Assembly: GCA_051362555.1 (NCBI GenBank)
Contig: CM120640.1
Location: forward strand, 47,036,788 to 47,100,787
Direction of reading: 5' to 3'
Length of the DNA: 64,000 nt
DNA from: Lingula anatina
Lineage: Eukaryota > Animalia > Brachiopoda
Below, in pieces: positions 52,108 through 64,000 of this stretch (position 1 is its first letter; the number at the start of each line of letters is the position of its first letter). The translations under genes and the position numbers were made by a program. The notes beneath the pieces were generated by a model. It saw nothing but the letters and a program-made list of their open reading frames with translations, did not search any database and was not told the origin of the DNA.

Positions 52108-54746
52108 TTAGTATCCAGGTAAAGCAGCCTTAGCCTGAGCAATGGCATCCAGAAGTTGTTGCCACAAATCCCCCAGATCGGACTTGTAAGGAGCCACAAC
52201 CTGTTTAAGTTCCTCGAGCTTGTCAAGACCGGCCTGTTGAGCATTTTGTAGGACCTAAAATATGATATAAACTTTGCTGTAAATATACATATATTGAAAT
52301 TTGAACAACGTTCTATATCAGTATATAACCAAATTACAGAACTTTACTTACGGTTGTGGTCATAAGTTTGATGTTTTCAAGATGTCCTTTGGTCTGGTTC
52401 ACAGCGTCACCAAGCTTCTCCTGCACGTATGCTACAAGGTCAGCATATTTCACCTTGAGGTTGTTCAATACGTCATTTAAGGTGTCTTTTACTTTCGCCC
52501 ACCAATCTCGAAGTCCTCTCTTGCCTTTGAAAAATGATAGCAGATGGAATGTGCATATAATCGTATAAATACAATAATATTCATATTGGATTAATTTTAG
52601 CATCAAATCTCCCGCTTTACGAGAAAATTATACAAATTGCACGTGCATCAGTAATGCGTCATACATTACGTTATTTGGCGGATTTTTACGAACTGGAGAG
52701 AGGATAAGTACCTGTACGTCAAGTTCGAAAAAGGTACAGTTTCTTTTCTTTTCTTAACTAAACAAACCGTCATTTTAGAATATCAAATGACTTGGAAAAC
52801 TTACCAAAAAGACTCTGGAGTCCCTTGAAGAAATTGTCGGCAAGATCCTTGAAAGCAGCGGTGAACTTGTCCTTCAGGCCACTTAGGGACTTAAGGCCGT
52901 CTTCAATGGCTTGCTTGGCTTGGGCAGTGAGGGCACCTAGAATCTGCTTGGCGTCGGTGTATGTTTGGGCTCCCTGCTGCTTTAACAGCTCGGTGTAGTT
53001 GGCAACCTTCGCCAGCATCTCACTGGTGACCTAAATTTTAAATAAGAAAAAGAATCAATTAAATTCAAAAATCACCATTTCATCATTAGCAAATTATCAT
53101 TTCATTATTTACCAATAATTATTGTTCCGAGTCCATATGTCTTTTTAAAAAAGCAAGAAAATGATCCATTGTGATATGCACTTTGCCAAATCGACTTAAA
53201 AATTGATAACTCTTATCCATATGATACATGAATGAGATCAATCGAGTCCAACCACAGAAATTAAAGATAAGTTAGAAAAACTTATACTAAAAAGAATATT
53301 AGAACTAAAAACACTCTGCGTGTGTCATCTCTTCGTCACTTTCTGTCCAATATAACAAAACTTCACGGCAATATTCCCCATACCTTCTGTCCATGGGCCA
53401 CGGCAGAGTTAACTTGTTCTACGGCCTGCTGGAGGGCGGTCTCCAAAGCCTGTCCGAACTCGGTCTGCACAGCGCGGAGGACACTTGGAATAGAAAATAG
53501 CACCTTGCAATAGGCATAAATCGGTGTGACGTTCCAAATATAGCTTACCTTAAGATGAGCGATAATAATATTCCTACATTTTTTTGGCCTTTTTGAATAT
53601 TTCTGAATATTTACCATGTCAGCGCTAGTCAGCGACTTTAAAACATGCGTAGAAGGTGTAAACGATCAAAACGATTATCATATTTGGGAATCGATAAGTA
53701 TAGTCACTTACGCTCTCTTCTCCTCGTCCAAATCACGCTTGCTGATCTCCTCATCAAAAACAGACCTGAAAGCACGAACGGCAGCCTGGATCTCGTCCTC
53801 CACAGCAGCAGCAGCTGAAACATTACGATATATATATATATGTAATATAAACCACGACCTGTAGTCTGGATCTCGTCCTCAGCAGCTGAAACACGAACTG
53901 CAGTCCGGATTTCAACCTCAGCAGCTGAAAGATTATTATATATGCACTGTATGTAATATATAAAGCACATACGGCAACCTGGACATCGTCCTCTGCAGTT
54001 GAAACGGTGCGAACAATAAATCAATAAAAAGATAAAACTATATCTATGGAAGATTGGAGAAAAAAACGAACAGCGATTACTGTTAGATATGTGACATAAG
54101 CATGTTGAGGTGAGTGTTTTGACGAAGAAGATGAAGGTAGATTGATTTTGTATTTATTACTTTTAGCTATTTTTAGATGCACAAGTCAATACCATTTACT
54201 TTATCCAAATCCATTTGCTACAAGTTTTAATTCGTCTAGTTCGAACTAAATCCATTGTCATCCTCGCCACCATGAGACCCCGTGCGCAATGTCAAAATTC
54301 AATACAGTTTAAGTGTTTAAGTTTGCAAATCAAAATCTGTAAATACTTTTAATACATATTCTATGAATCAAAAATAAATTAGATTAGAAAAAATTTCCAT
54401 CTTAAGCACACAAATAAATTAATGTGAAGAGTGAAGAATTGAATGAACAGAAAGCAGTCAGAGGTGGTTCACTCTTATTACAACGTAAAACGTATCTTTT
54501 TTAACAATTTATATTGTTATTTCATTATTCTTTGACTTATTTCGAAATACCAAACCACAATGATTTCTTTGTGGATCGGAGAGTTTCTCTCGGGGCGGAT
54601 GAGTGGCAAAATTTTTGTATTAGAAAGTATGCTGATCGCGTCGCGTCGCGTTGCGTCGAAACTTTTCTTTTGGCGTATGGTCGTACTAGTCTCCCCTTTC
54701 TGTTTATTTCAGAAGATTGCGCCATTGCGTATTTCTATATAATGGA

Positions 54747-54777
<31 letters not shown>

Positions 54778-57058
54778 GCGTCTGGATTTATTTAAGTCAA
54801 AGGCATTTGCTCACGCCCGTGATGTCGAATTATGCGTTTTTCATGCATAATATAAACGCTTTAAACGTTTTTTTTTTCTAATAATTGCTCACCATCTACA
54901 TAAAACTTGTTTTCAAAATTCGCTCATTTGTCACGAATAAACTTGCACTGTCCGTGTTTATTAACAAGATTAAAAACGCGTACTTGGGGGCACAGGGGGT
55001 GGAGTAGATCCGGTCAAGACAATGTGCTTGGCGTTGTAGGCAGCCTGCACCACCTGTGTCCACAGACTTCCAAGATCCTGCTTGTAAGGCTCCAAGAACT
55101 CCAGAAGTTCCTTGGTGACGGCAAGGCTAGCATCTTTGGCATGGGCAAGGTACTGAAATTGACAGATTTTGTATTGATTGAAGGTTACTTATGCTGTAGA
55201 GTTACTATATTTCATGCGCATGTGCTGAAGACATAATATTCTGTACTTGTAAGAAATTCTGAAAGCGCAACAAGCAACGAAGGTTTAACTAAATCACAAG
55301 CAATTGTAAAGTCTTAGTTTATGAGGCTAAAAATAGGCATTGCATCATTGCAAGTTGTGCAGCTAGAGTTTTGTAACACGAAACAAACCGTGTACTGAAA
55401 TACACGTACACCAAATGTCTGGCACTGAAAAAATTAGCTGTGTTTTTTTTCAAACCATTACGCAGATGAAAAGTGTGTTCGAATTTTTCAAATATTTTTT
55501 TTACCTCTTGGGCGATGAGCTTGACGTTGTCGAAGTGTCCCTTAACTTTGCCCCACAGATCTCCAGCGTACTGTTTGACGAAGACTTGGAGATCAGCGAA
55601 CTTGGAGGTGAATCCTCCCAGAACCTGGGACAAAGTGTCCTTCACTCCCTGCCACCATTCAGCTACACCACGGTCAGCCAAAACCAGTGCCACGGTCTGA
55701 TGGTATATTAAAAAAGATACAATTCTGCATTAAGGAACTAATTCAGCCAACTATATTTCATGGCAAAAAAATATATCAACTAATCTAGAGAGTGTTTTGA
55801 TCGTTAGACTTAAGTATATAAAACTTAACCTTCTTAGTAGAGGTACCCTAAAAATAAAAATAGAACTGATTTATTGCCGACAAATTGACGTTCTTACCTC
55901 ATCCAAAAGTTCTTCTTCGAAGTTTTCAAACAAATCACGCTTGCCTGAAAATAAACAAAGATGAAATAAAAAAAAATTCACATTGAACTTTGCCAACTGA
56001 GTTTTAAAAAAGCTCTGTAATTTAACGAAATTTCACTTCATATGACTACTTTTTATTGATTCCGGTGTAACGTGACAGAGAGTTCCGCATGATAGGGTGT
56101 TCGCTTCCCATTCATTTGCACAGGTAAGCTTCGCCTAAGATTTTGACCCACATAGATCAGATGTTCATTATACCTAAATGGAGGGCGGACTTACTGTTAC
56201 ACGGACCCACGGACCAAGTATCAACCCCAACTCTGAGTTTTACGAAGGTATTCTAGAAGGTATGCCCGATAGTCAAGAAGTGTTTATTTTCAGATCTCGT
56301 GTTTTTTTTAAATTTATTTATTAATTTTAATTGTGCGTAAATGCTCCGGACAGTTGCGCACTCTGTACCACACCCATATGTATATATATATTGGAGTTCA
56401 GAAACGCCAAGTCAGAATACAAACACAGACACATACACACATACACACACACACACAGAATGTCCTTCGTTTTAAGAAGTTACCCGCCACAAATGGTCTT
56501 AACAGAATTGGCTTGACTTACTATATGGTACCGTACTGTATGTGGGCTTGCTAAGACAGCATAAACACACCGATTTACTGATGCATTAAACTTTACAGAT
56601 AATATATATTTCATAATAGAAAAACATATAAGATACAGTAAATGTGTATTTGATTCGTACCGAAAAGACCACCGAATGCGTCCAAAAAGCCTTGGAACCA
56701 GCCAGAAAATTGACTCTTCAGTGTGCTTAGGATAGCCTTGGCGTCGGTCAAGTATTTGCCGCCCATTTCTTTAAGTTGGTCTGCCACCTGCTTAGCCTGC
56801 TCTAGCAGGCCCTTGCCGACCTATAGAGAAGAGCCAATTTGAGATGAAAAGTTTCTGATTTCTATCGAGTCTTTACCATAAAAGTACAAACAAACTTTGG
56901 TAATTCATAACACGTCACGAGCAGCAATTGCAAAGTGTCTTTGGATATTTTTTTAATCGAATTTAGATTAAAAAAATATGAATATTGTCTGGCTCAGGGA
57001 CTATAAATGAAATCCGATGTCTTTATTCTTGCACTTCGATCTGTACATTGACAGTGTA

Positions 57059-57105
<47 letters not shown>

Positions 57106-57962
57106 CATACCACGTGACCGGTTGCCACAAGACCGTTGATTTTGTCTGTGATATTCTTCAGTTTCTCCTCCAGTACCTGGCCAATGGCAGTCTGGGTGGC
57201 TCTTGTGAGGCTATAACAAGTATCAAATCTTAAAATTAAACATTCAATTAAACGCATTTGCCTTGCTTTATGATTTTTAATTAAATGCGCTTTAAAATGA
57301 TGAAAATATTAGACTTACATCCAACCAACTAGCAGCTAAAAGCACTTCCCCGCTATGAAAATTGATTAATTCAAAATACTGTAAAATTCAAATTAAAATA
57401 CCCAATTATTTAACCTTCCATTAATTTCTTTTAATTTTTGTCCGTAATATTTATTGTTTAAATTTGAGCAACCACTAGAACTCGTAAGAGCAGGTTGAAC
57501 TTCAAACTCCTGCTGTACCAGCACGAAAAATCAATGCGACAGCATACTTTTATGCGCTTCGGGCTCGGTACTGACCGGTCGCAAAGGTACTAACATTGAT
57601 CGATGGCCCTGATAAAAACTGCATCTGTCTTAAATTTCTGGTACTTACGGGTTGGCTTCGCGGACATGGCGTGGAGAATTGACTTCGTTCACGAGAGCCG
57701 AAATCTCATTGTCCAGATTCACTAATAATGATATAAATCGAAAACTATCTGTTTTGACTGTGACAAATATCGTTACTAACATATCAGAGTTTAACACCCA
57801 ACATTGTTTCTTTAAATAGAGAAAAAGTTGTAAAGTCAGAGAATGCTGAATGAATCTAACCGAAACACTTGCAAATAATGTAAAACTATTTTACTTACGG
57901 CGGACGAAATCAGCCTGTGCACCAATGAAGGTGGCGACGAGTACGAAGGCCAAAAACTTCAT
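52108..57962 (-). CDS. G5: intact secreted amphipathic-helix polyprotein precursor, 12 coding exons, 517 aa
   Basis: Exons 57962-57899, 57721-57649, 57210-57111, 56820-56661, 55944-55898, 55696-55505, 55152-54984, 53814-53712, 53483-53384, 53030-52805, 52524-52352, 52254-52108. All GT..AG; 1554 nt open from MKFLAFVLVATFIGAQA to ...KAALPGY*. Sites RHVR, GKR, SKR, EKR, GKR. Confidence 0.9.
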
Positions 57963-58196
57963 GTCTGAAATATGGAAAATTTCTCGTGACCCCAAACCTT
58001 AAAACGTTTCCGCACAGCCACGAAAATAAAGAAATTTGTAAGTAACTACTCTTAACCAACTAATAGCTTTATATTTACTTGTAAATTTGTGGTGTTCTTT
58101 CTTTGATAACAATCTGCACGTTTTTATATACGTTTCATTGACGTTCATATATAACCATACATGGCAAGATATTTTAAAACTTATGTTCCAACTCAC

Positions 58197-58298
58197 CTCC
58201 TAGTTGTTGTGGTGCTAATGTGGACGAACGGTATCCAACGTCGGTTTTTATAGCCTTAGCTTATGGGAGTGTGCGGTCTGCTTCTTATCTTACGTGAC
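58197..58298 (-). promoter_or_regulatory. G5 core promoter and non-coding exon 1
   Basis: TATAAAA 58246-58252; GTCACGTAAGATAA 58285-58298; GTGAG donor after 58197. Confidence 0.65.
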
Positions 58299-60896
58299 AA
58301 GGTGTGAGGCGATCTTAGAAAACGGTCCAAGCACAGGGCACACGTTGGACATATTTGAAGAGCATGACTGATTGGTGAAATCGGTTGTTGTCATGACGAA
58401 TGTTTAAATACATGTATTATCTGGCGTCATCATGAGATAGCCTCTGCGTTGATTTGGAGATCTAACTTCTAACAAATATAATGGGACATGCGACTCTTGC
58501 TTGGGTGCTATTAATGCTCAACCTGTCACATGTCACATAGATTATTTCAAATTCCTTTAGACATAAACTGTAATGAAAATGATTGTTGGGGGCCAGCAGT
58601 GCACAAATATAATGTAAAGTTTCGGCTGCCAAAGATATTTTATAGACATGGACATGCTCTGCACGAAGAAAAATGAGATTGTCTGTGTGCGTTTGGCGCC
58701 CTGAGAGGTTTAAAGTCAACGCATTTAAGACAGTTCGTTGCGAGACCATTTTTCATAATTTTGTAAAAAAAATTTGGTTAGTAACAATAAATACAAAAAT
58801 AGTATTTTCTTCTTGCTGAATTTCTGGGTGCTACAAGCAAATTCCTCTTTTATTAATGAATGCGTAAATGGTGACCCCAGTTTTTAACAAATATGATTTA
58901 TTACGAGATATAAATATTTGATACCATCATAGGAATAGTTCCCTAAAAAATTAATTTAATGCGAATAACCAACCCAATACTGTAGCATCTACAGAGCACT
59001 TTCGGACAGCTAGTAATTGAATATTTTTGTATCAAAATAAAACCGGTCGTGAAAGTTATCTTCTAACACTTGAAATAGAGAATTTGAGATCAGTGACCCA
59101 TTATGGCAATGGGATATTGTAGGAACGACAAAAATAACAGAAATGAATGAATAGATAAATAAATCGCATTTAAATAGTGCTATGAATAAATAAGGTGATT
59201 TTGAAGTTGTATATTAAAGAAATAGCACCAAAATCGCTTTGACAATTCGTTTGAGGAAGTACTTTGTGACAATTTCGTTTTTTTACATTTAAAGATTATT
59301 CAAGACAGAGTACGTTTTATGCACACGATGGACCATATCTTTACAATTATAATGACCAGGTTAGATAGCAATATATTTTGAAATTTGAAAATTTCATAAT
59401 AGCGTTACAAAACGTGTTTGTGGGAAATCAAACCACTGTTAGCTATCACCAAAGCCGCACAGGTCATGGGGATGGGACTAATCTTATGACCTGGCTAGAC
59501 ACGGTTACCAATTACATGTACGTACCCACCACCACCACCACCAACACACACGCAGACACACGCATTTCATAAATGTGCGATAGGCATTCATAATGTACAG
59601 GCACAATGTGTGTATTCACTGTATACGTATACGCTTACAGCTACATCATTTGGAAAAATAGCTCGACACCTAATAATACAATTTGATATATGCTTACTGA
59701 TAAATCCATGTAGAGAATTGACACTGCAACCATTAAATGCTAGGATTTCAATGGGACAAATTACAATAATCTGATGACTGTAACATTCAAACATAATGAA
59801 ACTTTTTTTCTTACTTCCCTGGCTAGTGTGTGCTCAGGCAGGCAGGCGGTTTACAATATTTATTATGGAAAGACATATAAGATGTTTTAATATGCAGTGC
59901 AAACCAAATTTCACCAGTAAATAAAGTGAAATTGCAAAGTCACAAAGGAAGGTGAATTAAATACACAAGTAAAGCAAAAATGAAAATGTATCCTATGACT
60001 ATAATAAGAAAATATTGAGAAAGAGGGGTAAATTATCGACGCAAAATTTCATTGCAAGCTTTCTCTGTAAGTATTTCGCAATTTTAACAATGCTTTCTCT
60101 GTAAGTATTTCGCAATTTAACAATGCAACAAATGGAACTTACGATATCGCTATGTATGTTTTGGGCATATAATAGCTATCAAAATATAAATGTAGAGTTG
60201 GGAAAAATCCAAGGTAGCGTTTGTTGAGATGGCATGTGTACATTTCGCCTTCATCAATCACTTTTGCGATGTGTCGTTTAAACTCCACCACACAATTGTA
60301 AGGTTATGTGGTTAGGCAATTTTTTTTTCTAAAATTAAGGTGAAACTTTAGAGAAAATGAAAATCATCATATCTCCCCCCTCCCCCCACAAATTCTAAGA
60401 TATATCTAATTATATACATTTAATAGTTAATGTTTTTTAAAGCGCATTTGAATAAGTCCGTTACAATGAGGGAGTGATAAACAAAATTTTAATTAAAAAT
60501 ATATATCTGGTCCGAGGCAATTTTTTTCGTTTTGTCGATGTACATAAGCGTGTGTGTGTGCATTAATTTGTTACAGCTGGGACAACCTATTTTGCCCTCT
60601 ATACTTTACTAATACGTTTGTTATCCTACAGGTGGCAATTTGAACAGATGCAAGGTTCCACCCGTTTGTAAACAATTCCATAATAATTGCAACAGGTCAA
60701 AATTATTTGCATAATGTTGTCAACAAGTGATTGCTTTGTTTGTCGTTAGACGTTTACCATTAAAATTAATACTAATATCATGCTCAAATATCGACTGCAA
60801 TCACGTTAATATGTTAAAAATAAAATAAATACCAATAAATGAAATAAACAATCAATACAAATTTTATTGCATGAAGTTTCGTAACAAAATTACATT

Positions 60897-63111
60897 TTAG
60901 AAGGTTGGAGGAGGGGTGGAACCAGTGAGGACGATATGTTTAGCGTTGTAGGCAGCCTGAACAACCTGGGTCCAAAGATCTCCCAAATCCTGTTTGTATG
61001 GCTCCAAGAACTCCAACAGCTGCTTGGTGGCGGCAAGGCTGGCGTTCTGGGCATGTCCGATGTACTAAAAGTATAATGAAATATTTGATTAACCTGCTTT
61101 CAACAATTGAACAATTACATAATGGTTTTTACAGGTCAATTGGAACAATTGGCTTGCATTGTGAAATGTTTGTTATATGTGTCTAAAATTTTAAAAAATC
61201 ATGAACAGTGCAAGTCAAATTATTATGCTTACAGGTCAATCTCCAAAACACACGTGCGAAACGAAAATGACAGAACAGTGCAATCTCTATCCAGTTCCAT
61301 TAGGTTGAACAATACCACACAATAATTTTGAAATTTTAGAAAAATCAGTTTACCTCTTGGGCAATAAGTTTGACGTTGTCGAAGTGTCCCTTAACTTTGC
61401 CCCACAGATCTCCAGCGTATTGCTTGATGAAGACTTGGAGGTCGGCGAACTTGGAGGTGAATCCTCCCAGAGCCTGTGACAAAGTGTCCTTCACTCCCTG
61501 CCACCATTCAGCTACACCACGGTCAGCCAGAACCAGTGCCACAGTCTGCATAAGAATGGTATGTGAAGTTTACATGAAAAACGACGATCGAACACCTGCC
61601 ACTTTGATACTTAAAATCAAACATTATTTGGCTTAAATGCATTTTACTATTCAAGCTAGAAAATATGACAATATTATCTATGATATTTTAAAGGTTTATG
61701 GAAAATGCAAATGTTAGTGTACATAAAGAGGGAGAATAAAAAAGAGAAAAATTTTACTTCATCCAAAAGTTCCTCTTCAAAGTTCTCGAACAGATCACGT
61801 TTGCCTAAAAGTGCATAAAATATACAACACATTAATAACTGTAGCCCAGTAGCGGATTTAAGGGGGGGGGTGTCAGAGGGGCCCTGACTGCTTGATGAAG
61901 CGACAGGCACAGTAACAGGCTTTACATGCGCAGATCCCCATCCCCCCTTCAAATAATCTTAGATCCTCCCCTGGTAACCGTACCGAGTAATCAAAATTAC
62001 TCCATACTAGAAGATATTTTGTTTGCACTAGCCTTCTTGCCCATTTAGCATTTATTTGCATACTGAAGCCAAAATGTAAAAGAACACTAACTAGACAGTA
62101 CAGCTCACCCTGAGCTTCAGACATAACTTGACACTAACCTCTTCACTATAGCCTATCTAACTTGACATGATGAAGATAGGCTAAAGTGAAAAGGTTAGTG
62201 TCAAGTTATCTCTGAAGCTCAGGGTGGTACAGCTAAGCTCGCAAAAAAATCGAAAATTAACATCAAAATCCCATAACTAAATTTTAACTAATTGGCACAT
62301 TTAACTAAACAATAAATTTTGTAAAAGTAATGAAATTAAACCGATCGTGCCGATTTTCAAAAGGAAGCTGACTTTCTACTGAACTAACCACCGAACTAAA
62401 TTTCAGGTAAACAGGTGAACAATGGATGTGTTGGACGACAACAGACAGACACAACAACCAGAATGTATACTGACACGTACAGTGTCTGTATGTAATGTGA
62501 CCGCAATAAAGTTGGTGGACTCTACATTACAAAGATCACAGCTTACCAAACAGACCGCCAAAAGAGTCAAGGATACCCTGGAAAAAGCCAGAGAATTGGT
62601 CCTTGAGACTGCCCAGGATGGCTTTGGCGTCGGTAACATATTTGCCGCCCATTTCCTTCAGTTGCGCGGTCAGGGTCTTGGCCTGTTCCAGAAGAGCTTT
62701 TCCCACCTAGAAAAAATGAAAATCTTTATGCCTTGATGAGATAACATTAACTCACTGCACGCCGTTACATACAATAAGTGGCTTGATTTACCAAAGAATA
62801 ATAATGAATAATAAAATGTTGTTATGAACAAAGATGAAGTGTTTTTTATGTGTAAATCTTCATCTGATACCTCTAATACTTTACAACATTATCCCATGTT
62901 TATATATTCTGTATATTCTGTATGTAATATTATGTATTTAAAAAGGTAGAAATATCTTGTCGGTAATTATTCCAATTCTTAGTTATAATTCATAAACGTT
63001 GATATTCTCACAGAGTGACCAGTGGACAACAGGTTGTTGATTTTGTCGGTAACATTCTTCAACTTCTCCTCCAGAGTTTGTCCCAGGGCGGTGGTGGTAG
63101 CTCTCTCGAGA
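60897..63111 (-). CDS. G6: half-size single A-B unit paralog; 5' exons presumably beyond the window end
   Basis: Exons 63111-63012, 62706-62547, 61804-61758, 61545-61354, 61064-60897; open and GT..AG; ends ...IVLTGSTPPPTF*; AATAAA at 60863-60868; no A2/B2 exons downstream. Confidence 0.85.
61847..61973. mobile_element. Short MITE-like insertion in a G6 intron
   Basis: Imperfect TIRs CAGTAGCGGATTTAAG / CTTAGATCCTCCCCTG with inner G and C runs. Confidence 0.45.
62106..62226. mobile_element. 121 bp foldback MITE with 8 bp TSD
   Basis: ~53 bp inverted arms (CACCCTGAGCTTCAGA...); GTACAGCT at 62098-62105 and 62227-62234. Confidence 0.88.
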
Positions 63112-64000
63112 CTGTAAAAGAAGAAAACGAGACGTATTGTGGTTATTGGCCCAGGTTACACAATAGATTGCTATTCTATATTTACCAAATGGAGCATAAG
63201 AGTATGCATCAAATGTAATTTAATTAGCTTCATCAAGGAAGTTTTATGGAACGTAACATTTAAAGTGTAAATTTAAATGAAATAAATAAACAAATGATAA
63301 AAAGATGAATTAAAAAAGGGGGCAATTTTTGTCTTAACTGAGGCGTATTTCATGATTGAAGTGGCATAATGCCAAAACAGCGACGCATTGGATTTGAACT
63401 TATCAGTGTGCAACGGCAAAGAACACCAGAAATTAAGATAATCTTACATGATAATCTTCGGGTCACGAAATATGTAACGTTCCAGTTTTTGCTCCTAATG
63501 GGTTCGTCCCACACAAATGCAACTTGCCCAGATACTGAACTCTCAGCATACTACATGACACGATCAATTTTGTGAAGGGGTGTGAGAGTAGGGACAGTTG
63601 GAGAGGATTAAGTTCAATGCCGCCGGAGTTAAATATAATCACTAAGTATAGTTTTGAATAAAAGCGTGCAGAGGGTTTAGTTGTGACTTCATGTGAAAAG
63701 GATTTAGGGCCATGCTTTTATTATGAAATAACTCAAATGTTTTAGGGTGTCTTTCCGTCATGTTCAAAAAAGATTTACGTTTAATGTGAAAGAATGGTAA
63801 TAAACTTTTTGTCATATATTTTGGGACTATAACGTCTAAGTTCCACTGTAATGTTTGCAATTTTAAAAGATTTTTGTGATTTGATCTTATAATGAAAGTT
63901 TACATGTAGTTATGTACAAATCTTCGTGTGGAAATAGGCTTTAGTTGTAGACAGTTTCAAAACATGTCACATAGTGAGCCACTGACAGTCAACATATATT

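Larger units (their letters stand above)
40194..58420. repeat. Recent ~10.6 kb tandem segmental duplication (G4 unit and G5 unit)
   Basis: Introns and intergenic DNA highly similar, e.g. 40460-42310 vs 51095-52940; stop codons 10629 bp apart; same intergenic block also at 24220-24970/28970-29800 and 34530-35090. Confidence 0.85.

Overview
AT-rich, intron-containing animal (invertebrate-looking) genomic DNA; the organism cannot be fixed from sequence alone. Most of the window is a head-to-tail minus-strand array of six paralogous multi-exon genes (G1-G6) that the ORF track shows only as exon fragments. Manual splicing at GT/AG sites gives cysteine-free secreted precursors: signal peptide, acidic propeptide ending RH(I/V)R, then ~85-110 aa amphipathic helical modules (types A and B) separated by G-K-R or K-R sites and acidic spacers. 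G1 (492 aa) and G5 (517 aa) are intact A1-B1-A2-B2 forms. G6 is a half-size A-B form with its 5' end outside the window. G2 (359 aa) is an in-frame deletion variant, and G3 and G4 are broken. I do not recognise the family; a precursor of membrane- or lipid-active helical polypeptides is an inference. The array also carries a near-intact DIRS1-type tyrosine-recombinase retrotransposon (12997-17809) nested in a Tc1 relic within the last intron of G2, two more Tc1/mariner elements, a Helentron-like non-autonomous element with tandem repeats, and several MITEs. All exon coordinates are hand-derived and have no transcript support.
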